A stretch of 64,000 nucleotides of DNA. Source: an uncultured Solirubrobacterales bacterium (GTDB lineage Bacteria; Actinomycetota; Thermoleophilia; Solirubrobacterales; 70-9). The DNA is taken from NCBI GenBank assembly GCA_963798875.1, contig CAWCUT010000002.1, positions 1-64,000 of the forward strand, written 5' to 3'. A model generated the notes under the pieces. It did no database searches. It was given only the letters and a program-made list of their open reading frames with translations, and was not told where the DNA came from. Both the position numbers and the translations under genes were made by a program. This document shows positions 8,667-19,000 of the stretch, one piece after another (the first letter of the stretch is position 1; every line of letters starts with the position of its first letter).

Positions 8667-9113
8667 ATGCCCGAGTCAGTCAACGAGACCTGCGAGATCG
8701 ACGCCCCGCCAGAGGACGTGTGGGAGGTCCTGATGGATCCCGGCCGGCTCGGCGAGTGGGTCAGCGCCCACCGCAAGGTCGAGGACGTCCCCGAGCTGCC
8801 GCTCGGCGCCGGTGACAGGTTCCGCCAGCGGCTCGGCGTCGGGCCGGTCGGCTTCTGGGTCGAGTGGGAGATCGTCGAGGCCGAGCCGCCGTCGCTCGCG
8901 CGCTGGCGGGGCGAGGGGCCGGGCGGCTCGACCGCGAAGGTCAGCTACCGGCTCGCCGGCGACGGGGACGGCGGCACGCGCTTCGACTACGAGAACGACT
9001 TCGACCCGCCGGGCGGCCTGCTGGGCCAGGCGGCGAAGCGCGCGGTCAACGCCACGGCCGGCCACCGCGAGGCACGCAAGTCGCTGAAGGCGCTCGCCGG
9101 CCTGTTCGGCTGA
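8667..9113 (+). CDS. SRPBCC-superfamily protein (polyketide cyclase/dehydrase-like).
   Basis: 148-aa ORF with RBS AAAGGA. WEVLMDP...LGEWV...pattern typical of SRPBCC, CoxG or AHSA1-like proteins. Confidence 0.65.
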   Translation: MPESVNETCEIDAPPEDVWEVLMDPGRLGEWVSAHRKVEDVPELPLGAGDRFRQRLGVGPVGFWVEWEIVEAEPPSLARWRGEGPGGSTAKVSYRLAGDGDGGTRFDYENDFDPPGGLLGQAAKRAVNATAGHREARKSLKALAGLFG

Positions 9114-9119
9114 GGCTGC

Positions 9120-10106
9120 TCAGACGCCCGCGATCTCGGCGGGAGGCTGCGCCTGCGGGCGCCCGACGGGCTCGACGCTCTCCCCCGCCGGCTGGCGACG
9201 CGGCTCGAGCCGGCCGGCGGTGGCGACCGTCCACAGCGTCGCGACCCAGGTCAGCGTCGCGAGCCCGACGTGGAGCCAGACGATCTCGGCGGGCAGCTTC
9301 AGCCACCACTGGATGCCGCCAACCACCCCCTGGAGGACGAGCAGGCCGAGCACGAAGGTGAGTGGCCGGCGCGCCCGGTCGTCGGCGCCCCGGCGGCCGA
9401 GCAGGAACCAGACGGCGATCGCGCCGATGCCGAAGAGGGCGGCGATCAGCGAGTGGCGGGCGACGAGCCACTGCAACGTGTCGGAGCCCTCGAAGGTGAA
9501 GCGATGGACGAGCTGGCCCTCGTGCGCGCCGGCGTGCGGCCCCGCCGCGGTGCTCATCGTCCCGATCAGGATCGTCAGCTGGCCGAGCGGGATCAGCCCG
9601 CGGACCGCCCAGACGCCGAGCCGGTCGGAGGAGCGACGCCGGTCGTCGGGCTCGAAGCGGGAGAGCCAGACGAGCGCGAAGGCGGCGTCGAGCAGCATCA
9701 TCGAGAGGATGAAGTGGAGCATGACGAGGTCGGGCGCGAGGTCGAACTTGACGACGAGGGCGCCGAGCACGGCCTGGGCGATGACGCCGAGCGGCAGCAG
9801 CGCGCCGATCGCCGCCAGGTGCCAGCGGAAGGGACGGCGGAACCAGGCGAGTAGCGAGGCGGCGATCACGGCGAAGCCGACGAAGCCGGTGAGCAGCCGG
9901 TTGCCGTACTCGATCACCGCGTGGAGATCCGCCGGCGGCACGGCGCCGCCGTAGCACTTGGGCCAGTCCGGGCAGCCCAGGCCGGAGCCGGTGAGGCGCA
10001 CGGCCGCGCCCGTGAGCACGATCAGGACGAGCGCGCCGAGCGCGACCGAGGCGACGACGAAGTACGACTCCGGGCTGATCGAGAACTGGCGGATCCGCTG
10101 CAACAC
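9120..10106 (-). CDS. ctaA: Heme A synthase (COX15/CtaA).
   Basis: Polytopic membrane protein with the GCPDWPKCYG motif. 328 aa from a GTG start. Confidence 0.8.
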   Translation of the reverse strand: MLQRIRQFSISPESYFVVASVALGALVLIVLTGAAVRLTGSGLGCPDWPKCYGGAVPPADLHAVIEYGNRLLTGFVGFAVIAASLLAWFRRPFRWHLAAIGALLPLGVIAQAVLGALVVKFDLAPDLVMLHFILSMMLLDAAFALVWLSRFEPDDRRRSSDRLGVWAVRGLIPLGQLTILIGTMSTAAGPHAGAHEGQLVHRFTFEGSDTLQWLVARHSLIAALFGIGAIAVWFLLGRRGADDRARRPLTFVLGLLVLQGVVGGIQWWLKLPAEIVWLHVGLATLTWVATLWTVATAGRLEPRRQPAGESVEPVGRPQAQPPAEIAGV

Positions 10107-10198
10107 GACCGCCGTCAGGCTAGAGGAACCCAGCGCTCCGCTTCGTCGACGGAAGCCGCAATCAACTATCCGAACGAGGCTGCTGGTAGCTTGCGAAG

Positions 10199-11110
10199 AT
10201 GGTCTCCGAAGCCCTGAAGATCGCGGAGGAGGGTTCGCAGCTCGCCCGGGTCAACGGGATCGAGCTCTGCTACGACGAGTTCGGCGATCCGGAGGCGGAG
10301 ACGATCCTGCTGGTCATGGGGCTCGGCATGCAGATGCTCGCCTGGGACGCCGGAGTTCTGCGGGATGCTCGCCCAGCGAGGCTTCCACGTCGTCCGCTTC
10401 GACAACCGTGACGTCGGGCTCTCGACGAAGCTCGCCGGCCGCGTCAACATCCCGGCAGGGATGGTCGGGCTGACCGGTTCCGCCGTCTACACGCTCGACG
10501 ACATGGCCGCGGACACGCTCGGGCTGGTCGACCACCTCGAGCTCGATCGGGCCACCTGGTCGGCGTCTCGATGGGCGGCATGATCGGCCAGAAGGTCGCC
10601 GCGCACCTACCCCGACCGCGTCGCCAGCCTCTGCTCGATCATGTCGGGCACCGGGCGCCGGCGGATCTGGACGACGCCGCGGCTCGACGCCCTGCGGATG
10701 CTGATGCAGAAGCCGGCCCGCACGACCCGTGAGGCCTACATCGAGTCCGCGGCGACGATGTTCAGCGTCATCTCCTCGCCCGCCTATCCGCCCGAACCCG
10801 ACGCAGCTGCGCGAGCACGCCGGGCGCGCCTGGGACCGCTGCTTCTACCCGAGCGGCGTCGCCCGGCAGCTGATGGCCGTGCTGGCCTCGGGCGACCGCA
10901 CGCGCGAGCTGGCGAAGATCACCGCGCCGACGCTGGTGATCCACGGCCGCGAGGACCGGCTGATCCCGGTCCGCGCCGGGCGCAACACCGCCGCCGCGAT
11001 CCCGGCGCGCGAGCTCGAGCTGATCGACGGGATGGGCCACGACCTGCCGCCGGCCCTGTGGGAGCGGGTCGTCGAGCTGATCGTCCGCAACATCGGCCGG
11101 GCGCAGCCGG
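10199..11110 (+). pseudogene. Alpha/beta-hydrolase fold protein disrupted by at least 3 frameshifts.
   Basis: Pieces in three frames: GIELCYDEFGDPEAETILLVMGLG; HVVRFDNRDVGLS...[17 protein letters not shown]; [12 protein letters not shown]; TLVIHGREDRLIP...GMGHDLP. Together they make a complete alpha/beta hydrolase. Confidence 0.6.
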
Positions 11111-11143
11111 CGCCGAGCCGGCGCCGTCAGCGACTGACGGCGC

Positions 11144-13242
11144 TCAGCCGCCGGGCGCAGCCGCCTCGAAGGCGGCCGCGACGCCCTCGAGCAGGCGTCT
11201 CGGGCGTGAACGGCTTCTCGACGAAGCCCGCCTCGAGCTCACGGACGCCATCGCGCGAGATCGTGTCGCCCGTGTAGCCGGACATGAAGACGATGCCGAT
11301 CCCCGGATCGCAGCTCGCGCACGTCGGCGGGCGAGCTCGACTCCGGAGAGGCCCGGCATGACGATGTCGGTGAGCAGCACCGCGAAGCGCGATCTCCGCA
11401 GCGACGAGCAACTCGAGCGCCGCTCGGGCGCGGCCGCGACCTCGACGTCGTAGCCGCCCTCGACGAGCACCCGCTCGGTCAGCCGACGAACCATCGCGTC
11501 GTCCTCGACGAGCAGCACCCGGCGCGGCTGCTGCGTCGCCCTCGGCGGCGGGCGTCGCCGGCACCGCTGCATCGAGGCCGGCTGCAGCGACCTCGCTCGG
11601 CGACGGGCAGCAGGATGTCGACGTCCGTCCCGCCGCCCGGCTCGGAGGCGAGCTCGATCGAGCCGCCGAGGCCGGAGACGATCCCGTAGACGGTCGCCAG
11701 GCCGAGCCCGGAGCCCTCGCCGATCGGCTTCGTCGTGAAGAACGGCTCGAACGCCTTCTCCTGCACGGCTCGCGGCTCATGCCGACGCCGTCGTCGCTGA
11801 CCGTGAGCCGCACCCAGCGATAGCTCGGCGTCGCTGCGACCGGCGCGCTCGACGCTGATCCGGACCGTGCCGCCGTCCGGCATCGCGTCGCGGGCGTTGA
11901 CCGCGAGGTTGACGACGATCTGCTCGATCTGGCCGCGCGCCGGCCTCGATCGCGCGCAGGTCGCTCGCCAGTCGAGGTCTCGATCGAATAGCCCTCGCCG
12001 AGCGTGCGGCGCCAGCATGCGTTCGGCGCGCGGCGACCGCCTCGGCGACGTCGATCGGCTCGATCGCGACCACCTCCTGCCGCGAGAAGACGAGCAGCTG
12101 CCGGGTGAGCTCGGCGGCGCGGCGTCGCCGCCGCCTCGATCTCGTCGATCGACTCGCCTCGGACCGGCCCCGCCTGCGACGTGCTCGCGAGCGAAGGTCG
12201 CGTGGTTGAGGATGACGCCGAGCAGGTTGTTGAAGTCGTGGGCGATCCCACCGGTGAGCTGGCCCATCGCCTCGATCCGGCTGAGGCGCTGGAAGCGCGT
12301 CTCGAGGTCGCGCGCCCGCTCGCGCTCGTGCGCCGCCGCGAGCACGTGGCGAGGTCGCCTGCAGAAAGCCGACCTCGGCGACCGAGAAGTGCCGCTCGCC
12401 CCGGTGCGAAGGCGGCGAGCAGCGCCAGTCGGCCGGAAGGGGTCGCCGATCGCGACGCTGATCCCGTCCCGTGCGCCGCAGCGCGCGAAGAGCCCCTCGG
12501 GCGTCCAGCTCGGAGGGGTGTCCGTGATGACGACGCCGGTCCCGGTGCGCAGCAGCGCCGCTGCGTCGGTGCCCGCCAGCGGGATCCGCTCCGTCGGCCG
12601 CTCCTCCCCGCCCCAACCGCGACCGCCCTCGAAGCGCAGCACGCCGTTCTCGGCGTCGATGGCGAAGACGGCGACGAGCTCGATCGCCAACGATTCGGCG
12701 ACGATCTTCGCGGCCCGCGCGACGAGCTCGGTGCGCTCGATCCCGCCGATCGCCAGCGTGCCCAGCGCGGCCACGGGGCCGAGGCTGCTGGTCGCCGGCA
12801 GGTGCTCTCCGGGGGCACGGGCTGCCGAGGTGTCGAGGACGAGCGAACAGGTGCCCGCGATCGAGCCGTCGGGGCGGAAGTCGAGGCCCGAGCGAACCCG
12901 CGCCGGGAAGGTCGCGCCGTCCTTGCGCAGCAGCCGCAGGTCGTACTCGAGCGGCGTCTCGGGGATCCGCAACAGGGCCTCCCGGAGCCGTTGGGTGACG
13001 TCCGCCGTCGCGATCGGCAACTCCTCGGGCAGCCGCCCGATCGCCTGGGCCGCGGAGTAGCCAAACATCTCCTCAGCCGCCCCGCCCCATCCACTGATCA
13101 CCCGCGGCTCGCCGCTGAAGCGAATCAGCGCCACGCCAAGCGCCCGCAGCTGCGCCAGCACCACGGCCTCGCCCGCCGCGAAGGCAGCGTCGGGTCCCGC
13201 GCCAACCTGTCCCGACCCCCCGGGGTCCGCCCCATTGCTCAC
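11144..13242 (-). pseudogene. Hybrid sensor histidine kinase (PAS-HisKA-HATPase-REC) with multiple frameshifts.
   Basis: N-terminal PAS (LIRFSGEPRVISGWGGAAEEMFGYSAAQAIGRLPEEL). HisKA (GQLTGGIAHDFNNLL). HATPase (VNLAVNARDAMPDGGTVRI...GSGLGLATVYGIVSGLGGSIEL). C-terminal receiver (VLLVEDDAMVRRL...LLTDIVMPGLSG). Spread over at least 4 frames. Confidence 0.65.
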
Positions 13243-13454
13243 CTGTCGAGTCTCTACGACGTGTGCCCGCTGCGCAACCCCCCCGCTTAGGTGTACGGCG
13301 ATGGCCACCCGGACGCCATCGCCGCCATCGCCCGACCTGACGATGAGTCTTCCGGACTTCACCCCCTCCACGGTGGCAAAGCCCGGAGTGCTTCCGCCGG
13401 CCGTCGCCCGATTGGGCTGAAGTCGCGGGGATGACTCACTAGTAGCCTCGTCGC

Positions 13455-14294
13455 GTGCGGATCGGGATCGCAACCTGCGTGCACCCGCCGGCGCGGGACG
13501 AGGACATCGACTTCCTGCTGCCGGCGCTGCGCCGCCGGGGCGCCGAGGCCGAGGCGAAGCCCTGGAGCGATCCCGCGGTCGACTGGGCCGGCTACGACGT
13601 TGTCCTGATCAGCTCGACCTGGGACTACGACGAGCAGCTCGACGAGTTCCTCGCCTGGAGCAAGCGGGTCGGCGCGGCGACCGCGCTGCGCAACCCGGCC
13701 GCGACGGTCGCCTGGAACGTCGACAAGCGCTACCTGCGTGAGCTCGAGGCGGCCGGCGTCGCGACGATCCCGACGATCTGGACGGAGCCCGGTCAGGAGG
13801 AGGAGATCGAGCGCACCGTCGCCGAGCTTGGCTGGGGCGACGTGATCATCAAGCCCGTCGTCGACCTCGGCGCCCGGCGCCTGGCACGGGTCGAGACGCC
13901 GATGGTCGCCCGCATCCTCGAGGCGCTTGCGGCGCCGGGCATGGCGCAGCCCTTCCTGCGCCCCCTGCAGACCGAGGGTGAGCTCAGCCTCGTGTTCATC
14001 GGCGGCGAGCTGACCCACGCCGTCCGCAAGCGGCCCGCCCGCGGTGACTTCCGCGTCCAGCCGCAGTACGGGGGAACGGTCGAGCCGCTCGAGCCGCCGC
14101 CGGACGCGGTCGCGCTCGCCCGCGAGGCACTCGCCGCGGCACCGGGGGAGCCACTGTACGCACGCGCCGACTTGATCCGCGACGGCGACGGGAAGCTGCG
14201 CCTGATCGAGCTCGAGCTCATCGAGCCGGTCCTCTACTTGGGCTTCGCGCCGGCTGCCGCCGAGCGCCTCGCCCGGGCCCTGCTCGCAACCTGA
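13455..14294 (+). CDS. ATP-grasp domain protein (RimK/glutathione-synthetase-like). This is copy A of the duplicated unit.
   Basis: 279-aa intact ORF from a GTG start. ATP-grasp-like layout. Homologous to the truncated copy at 18590. Confidence 0.7.
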   Translation: MRIGIATCVHPPARDEDIDFLLPALRRRGAEAEAKPWSDPAVDWAGYDVVLISSTWDYDEQLDEFLAWSKRVGAATALRNPAATVAWNVDKRYLRELEAAGVATIPTIWTEPGQEEEIERTVAELGWGDVIIKPVVDLGARRLARVETPMVARILEALAAPGMAQPFLRPLQTEGELSLVFIGGELTHAVRKRPARGDFRVQPQYGGTVEPLEPPPDAVALAREALAAAPGEPLYARADLIRDGDGKLRLIELELIEPVLYLGFAPAAAERLARALLAT

Positions 14295-14773
14295 GCCCCA
14301 GGGCTCTCGTACAGATGTCGAGACGGCTTGCGGACGCTGATCGCGTGGCGCGGCGGCGCCGATGGTGAGGTCGCTGGGGGTCGTATCTGGGGACGCATCC
14401 CCGAGGAGACCTCATCAAGACGCATTCAGACATCGCAGGATCAGGGAGGGCGTGGATCGACGTCGCCGGCCGGTCTCGGGCGGGCAAACGCGCGGGCCTG
14501 GGCGGGCTGCCGGTCCGCGGACGTCCACTGCAGGGGAACGGGGCCGCCCGCCGCTGCGCACCGTTCCTCGCCGCGGCTGTCGCGGCGCTGGCGCTGACGG
14601 CAGCGAACGCCCCCGCCGACTCTGCCGACGAGCTCCTGGCCGCGACGATCGCCCTGCTCGGCGGCGCGCTGCTGGCCCGCTCACTGCCATGGCGGCGCCT
14701 GTCCGCGTCGGCGCAAGCGCTGCCGCCGCTCGCCTTCCTGGCAATCGTCGCGCTCGTCCGCGACGCGGAGGGA

Positions 14774-15511
14774 GTGGCCGTCGCAACGTTCACGCCGATG
14801 CTGGCGCTGCCCGTGATCTGGTTCGCCCTGTACGGCACGCGGACCGAGCTGGCCGTCTCGATCGGCCTCGCCGGCGCCGTCATCGCCGCGCCCGACCTGA
14901 TCGATCCGGACGGCGCGTCGCTGGAGCCGGCCGCCGCGGGCGTCTGGATCGTCGTCCTCGCGCTCGTCGGCTACGCGAGCTCGGCGATCGTCCGGGAGCG
15001 GGAACGCCTCCTCGACGAGGTCGGAAAGCTCGCCCGCACCGACCCGCTCACCGGGCTCGCCAACCGCCGCGGCTGGGGCGAGATGCTGCGCCGCGAGATC
15101 GCGCGCGCGGACCGCGACGAGGGACCGCTGTCGGTCGCGCTCGTCGACATCGACCGCTTCAAGGAGTTCAACGACCGCTACGGCCACGCCGCGGGCGACC
15201 GCCTGCTCAAGGAAGCCGCCTCGCGCTGGAGCTCGCAGATCCGCGAGATGGACCTGATCGCCAGGCACGGTGGAGAGGAGTTCGCGGTGCTGCTGCCGGG
15301 CGCCCGGGCAGCGGACGCGGCGTCCGTCGTCGAGCGCGTACGCAGCAGCGCTCCTGGAGGGATCACGATCTCGGGAGGCGTCGCGCAGCGTCAGCAGGGC
15401 GAAACCCCGGAGGCGCTCCTCGCCCGCGCCGACGCCGCCATGTACCAGGCCAAGCGCGAGGGCCGCGACGCGATCCGCGTCGCTCAGCGCTCGGCGACCA
15501 GCAACGTCTGA
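14774..15511 (+). CDS. GGDEF diguanylate cyclase with an N-terminal membrane domain (copy A). The membrane domain continues in-frame upstream to about 14400 with no canonical start.
   Basis: GGDEF core: RTDPLTGLANRRGWGE...VALVDIDRFKEFNDRYGHAAGDRLL...RHGGEEFAVLLPG. The upstream in-frame sequence encodes TM helices but lacks ATG, GTG or TTG back to a stop at 14366. The start is unresolved. Confidence 0.7.
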   Translation: MAVATFTPMLALPVIWFALYGTRTELAVSIGLAGAVIAAPDLIDPDGASLEPAAAGVWIVVLALVGYASSAIVRERERLLDEVGKLARTDPLTGLANRRGWGEMLRREIARADRDEGPLSVALVDIDRFKEFNDRYGHAAGDRLLKEAASRWSSQIREMDLIARHGGEEFAVLLPGARAADAASVVERVRSSAPGGITISGGVAQRQQGETPEALLARADAAMYQAKREGRDAIRVAQRSATSNV

Positions 15512-16316
15512 CAGGCGCGGCCGAGGGGGCCGCGCTCGTCGAGCAGCAGCGTGTCCGCCATGCCCTGCCCGTTCGGCTCGGGGATCGTGAGCGCGTCGAG
15601 GCAGACCCACTCCCCCGCCGGTAGCCGGTGCAGGTGGACGGTCAGGTCGACGTTGATGAACAGGTAGCGCTGAAAGTCGAGCGTCGAGCTGATTCCGTTG
15701 CCGGAGTCGGCGGCGACCATCACGCGCTGCAGCGACGTGGGCTCCTCCCCGGCGACGAGCGGGTGGCGCGAGCGCATCCAGCAGACGGCGGCGCCGGTCT
15801 CGAGGAAGCCGCCGCGCACGAACCGGTACTCCATCGCCGAGTGGTAGCCGACGGCCTCACCCGTCGGAAAGAAGACCTCGCTGGCCTCGAGCTCGCCGGG
15901 GGGCGGCGGCGGGCCCTGCTCGCCGCTCGGCCGCCCGGCGCGGGCGGGAGCCGAGCCCGGCCCACCGGCGCTCGCCAGCCCGTCGGGGTGCCGTCCTTGC
16001 GGACAAGGCGCACGTCGTGCTCGACCGGCGTCTCCGGCATCCGCAGCAGCGACTTCCGCACGCGCCGCGCCAGCAACGGGCTCGCGATCGGCAGCTCCTC
16101 CGGCCGGCAGCCGATCGCCTCCTCCGCGGTGAAGCCGAAGATCTCGGTCGCGGCCCCCTCCCAGGAGGTGATCCGGCGCTCGTCGCCGCTGAAGCGGATG
16201 AGGGCCGCGCCGAGCTGCAACAGGCGGGCGGTCACGGCGGCCTCTTCGGCCGCAGGCGCAGCCCCCGACTCCCCATCTGGCCTCCCCCAGCCAGCGGAAT
16301 CGCCGCCTGTGCTCAC
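15484..16316 (-). pseudogene. Chimeric remnant: a duplicated PAS-encoding 5' fragment of the sensor-kinase gene joined to the C-terminal half of a thioesterase-family gene (copy A).
   Basis: 15990-16316 encodes ALIRFSGDERRITSWEGAATEIFGFTAEEAIGCRPEELPIA..., about 75% nt identity to 12905-13242. 15484-15834 encodes MEYRFVRGGFLETGAAVCWMRSRHPLVAGEEP...HLHRLPAGEWVCLDA..., near-identical to 20037-20400. Confidence 0.5.
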
Positions 16317-16335
16317 AGGGAATTTGTACCGCTTC

Positions 16336-16770
16336 CTACGATTCCTGCCATGTGGCGCCGGCGCCTGATCGCGATTGCCGCCTGGGCGCCGGCGGTTGCG
16401 TGCCTCGGATTCGCCCTCCTGCGGGTGAGCGGAGCCGGGGGCGATCGCGGAGCTCGCGAGCTCCGACCCGGTCGCGTCGCGACGCCCGCGCTAACTCCGG
16501 CTCACCGGTTCTCGCGCCGCCAGAGAGGCGCAGGCCGGACCAGGTTACGTCGATCGCGCAGACCTTGTTGTCAACCAGGCCAAGTGGGAGCGCGAGCTCG
16601 CGGGGCACGTCCTCGGTGATGTCCGTGGCGACCCCGGAGGCCCGCTTCGGCCAGGCGACCCAGAGCCCGCCCGCGGGGTGGATCGCACCGCCGACCGGCT
16701 TGCGGCGGCGGCGTAGCTCGGCACGGCGCCGCCCGAACAGCGCGCCAACGTCCAGCGGGCCGCGTGCCAC
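16336..16770 (-). CDS. Hypothetical protein (possible gene remnant).
   Basis: GTG-initiated 144-aa ORF (WVARGPLDVGALFGRRRAEL...GGLWVAWPKRASGVATDITEDVP...). No confident family assignment. C-terminal third is low-complexity. Confidence 0.3.
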   Translation of the reverse strand: MARGPLDVGALFGRRRAELRRRRKPVGGAIHPAGGLWVAWPKRASGVATDITEDVPRELALPLGLVDNKVCAIDVTWSGLRLSGGARTGEPELARASRRDRVGARELRDRPRLRSPAGGRIRGTQPPAPRRQSRSGAGATWQES

Positions 16771-17049
16771 CCACTTCGTCGTGACGCCGTCGGGAAGCGG
16801 ACCGAGGCTCGCCGCGAAGCCGACCGGAGCGCCGGGCGTCGCCAGCGTCGAGCCGGACCAGATCCCGGCGTGCGGGGAGCGGAGTTAAGGGTGGCCGGCC
16901 GCGCCCACGTCGACGCGGTCGTCTCCATAAGAGTACGGCCGCCGCATGGCCTCACCAAGAAGAACGTATCGTGTTTCCCCATTGGCGAGATAACCAAATG
17001 AACTGCTATGTGACTTGACAAGCGGCCTCGGCTCGCCTACAAAACTCAT

Positions 17050-17580
17050 ATGGGCCCCGCTGGGAGAGGCCATGGTCGGAAGGGATACGCGGTCGTCGCG
17101 ACATCCTGGTTAGTTTGCGTGCTGCTGGTTGCTACCGATGCAGTGGGTCATACCCCCACTTCCCACGGCACAGCTTGGCAGGGGAAGGGAGGGTTCACAA
17201 CGTTGATTCCGCGATGCGTCAAGACTCTCTCCAGACTTGCTCATGGCACCCAGAATAAGGGCTTTGTTCGCACCACCACCGAGAGTTGGAAGAGCGCATT
17301 CAACGGCACTTGCAACTATACGAAGAACAAGGACAAGAACAAGATCGCTGCCAAATGGGATGTCTACCGGCGGTCAAAAGACGGCACATACAAGTACTGC
17401 GCGGGCTCCGCGTGGTATTACAATCCTAGTAGCACTTGGTCATATTCGGTGTACTACAACTTCCCAACCGTTCCGTGCAAGTGGGGTGCCTACCGGGCTA
17501 GGTCCTCCAGCTTCGTGAAACAGCACGGCAATTGGAAGGGTGGGTCGACGTGGTCCCCCCCACATTCATTCCCACCGTAG
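17050..17580 (+). CDS. Small secreted Cys/Trp/Tyr/Lys-rich protein encoded in a lower-GC island.
   Basis: N-terminal hydrophobic signal (AVVATSWLVCVLLVATDAVG). Mature region about 140 aa with 4 Cys, 7 Trp, many Tyr/Lys/Asn (…NGTCNYTKNKDKNK…YSVYYNFPTVPCKWGAY…). A/T-ending codons (aag, aac, tac) contrast sharply with the flanking genes. Confidence 0.55.
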   Translation: MGPAGRGHGRKGYAVVATSWLVCVLLVATDAVGHTPTSHGTAWQGKGGFTTLIPRCVKTLSRLAHGTQNKGFVRTTTESWKSAFNGTCNYTKNKDKNKIAAKWDVYRRSKDGTYKYCAGSAWYYNPSSTWSYSVYYNFPTVPCKWGAYRARSSSFVKQHGNWKGGSTWSPPHSFPP

Positions 17581-17586
17581 GCTGCG

Positions 17587-18018
17587 ATGATGCGTCTTCG
17601 ACCAATCCTCATTTCTATAGCGGCCATACTTCCGGTAGGGCTGGTAGTGCTGAGCGTAAGCCCGGCGTCCGACAGTCCGCGTGCCACGCATCCCGATACT
17701 GAGCTGACCGCAGCCTACGAGCCAGCGCTCCCGAAGGACGGCGACTTCGTACCAGTTGTGGGTCCGGACGGCAACGATGTTCGTTGTCCGAACGGCAAGC
17801 TCCTGAAGGTCGAGGTTGGGGGCCCGCCACCCGAAGTGTTCGTCGATCCCCCTCCCACCCAGCCAAGTGCTGCGCAACCGCCGGATGAGCCGCCTGCCGC
17901 TGGAGCCATCCTCGTACCAGCTGAACCGTTAGTTCCGATTTGCGGTGGGAAGGGAGGCACGGCGAACCCGCGATGGATTCCTCTCTCCCATCGTCACGCC
18001 GGAACGCAAGGTTCGTAG
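17587..18018 (+). CDS. Small secreted proline-rich protein (lower-GC island).
   Basis: Signal peptide MMRLRPILISIAAILPVGLVVLSVSPA. Pro-rich mature region (GGPPPEVFVDPPPTQPSAAQPPDEPPAAG) with 2 Cys. Confidence 0.45.
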   Translation: MMRLRPILISIAAILPVGLVVLSVSPASDSPRATHPDTELTAAYEPALPKDGDFVPVVGPDGNDVRCPNGKLLKVEVGGPPPEVFVDPPPTQPSAAQPPDEPPAAGAILVPAEPLVPICGGKGGTANPRWIPLSHRHAGTQGS

Positions 18019-18407
18019 CCGTCGCACTGGCTGCGGCCATGCTGGCAACTGGACTCAGTTCCCCGGGTTGTGGTGGCGGCACGGAACCAACAGCCGGCCC
18101 CGGCCCCGGCAGTGGCTCCCCCGTCAGTCTCGAGCGCGCAACGGAAATCGTCGAGAGGCGAGGCACCGAGATCCAGATGGCATATGACGGCGCCAGGACT
18201 GTGTCCCCGGCGCCTGCCAGCGGGGCGGGACCAAGAGATGCGGACGCGACTGAGGGGTTGTTCGTGATCAGGGTCTTGCTTGCGAGCGGCTCGAGGCAGC
18301 CGGCGAGGGAGCAGTCAGTCGACGGTGTGCCAATTGAGTTCCACGTACTTTCGCCGGGCGTGAGCGAATCGGCCCCTCCGCTGAATAGTGAGGGCGGTAA
18401 CCCGTAG
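17973..18407 (+). CDS. Small secreted protein or possible lipoprotein (lower-GC island).
   Basis: MDSSLPSSRRNARFVAVALAAAMLATGLSSPGCGG signal with a Cys shortly after the h-region. The ORF track start (17940) overlaps the preceding gene, so the internal ATG at 17973 is preferred. Confidence 0.4.
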   Translation: MDSSLPSSRRNARFVAVALAAAMLATGLSSPGCGGGTEPTAGPGPGSGSPVSLERATEIVERRGTEIQMAYDGARTVSPAPASGAGPRDADATEGLFVIRVLLASGSRQPAREQSVDGVPIEFHVLSPGVSESAPPLNSEGGNP

Positions 18408-18500
18408 CCATCAGGCGCCGAGTTGGCGCTGGCCGCCGAGTAGCTCGTTGACCCGGGTCAGGCCCGAGAGGCCCGGCGCTACGGCGCTGCCCGCGATAGC

Positions 18501-18526
18501 GTCCACGCCACACGTGTGGCGCGGAC
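18501..18526. repeat. 26-bp near-perfect palindrome carrying the recurring ACGTGTGGCGCG motif.
   Basis: gtccacgccacac|gtgtggcgcggac (one mismatch), immediately upstream of duplicated copy B. Confidence 0.5.
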
Positions 18527-18589
18527 GTGGCTTCAGATCTGACCGAGCCCACGGACGCGTCCACCCGTCGACCACTAGTCTCCCGCCGC

Positions 18590-19000
18590 GTGCGGATCGG
18601 GATCGCGACCTGCTCCCGCCCGCCGGCGCGGGACGAGGACATCGACTTCCTGCTGCCGGCGTTGCGGCGGCGGGGCGCCGAGGCCGAGGCCGCAGCCTGG
18701 ACCGACGCGAAGACCGATGGTCCGCCTTCGACACCGTCCTGATCAGCTCGACTTGGGACTACGACGAGCGCCTCGACGAGTTCCGTGCCTGGACCGACCG
18801 CACGGGCGGCGAAACGAAGCTGCTGAACCCTCCGGCGACCGTGGCCTGGAACCTCGACAAGCGCTACCTGCGCGAGCTCGAGGCAGCCGGCGTGGCGACG
18901 ATCCCTGCCGATGGTGCTCCGCTGGGGGTCGTATCCGGGGGATCGAACCCGGAGGGAGACCTCATCAACACCGACACAGACATGGCAAGCGCAGGGAGGC
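18590..19000 (+). pseudogene. Truncated, frameshifted ATP-grasp gene (copy B of the duplicated unit).
   Basis: Starts VRIGIATCSRPPARDEDIDFLLPALRRRGAEAEA... (about 85-90% nt identity to 13455 onward). Contains a frameshift. An internal deletion of about 0.5 kb removes the C-terminal half relative to copy A. Confidence 0.55.

Noticed and set aside
11127-13094. 655-aa Ser/Arg/Ala-rich minus-strand ORF.
   Set aside because: Alternate-frame read-through of the sensor-kinase region. It has no domain signatures. The real kinase pieces are in other frames.
16336-16770. LigD phosphoesterase or DNA-glycosylase assignment for the hypothetical protein.
   Set aside because: Only a vague WxxPKG-like resemblance. 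No conserved catalytic His/Asp pattern could be aligned by eye.
17050-17580. Assigning the Cys/Trp-rich secreted protein to the lactococcin-972 bacteriocin family on the basis of a shared YYNF segment.
   Set aside because: A single 4-residue coincidence plus compositional resemblance is insufficient. The protein is also about 50% longer than that family. I left it as an unclassified secreted protein.
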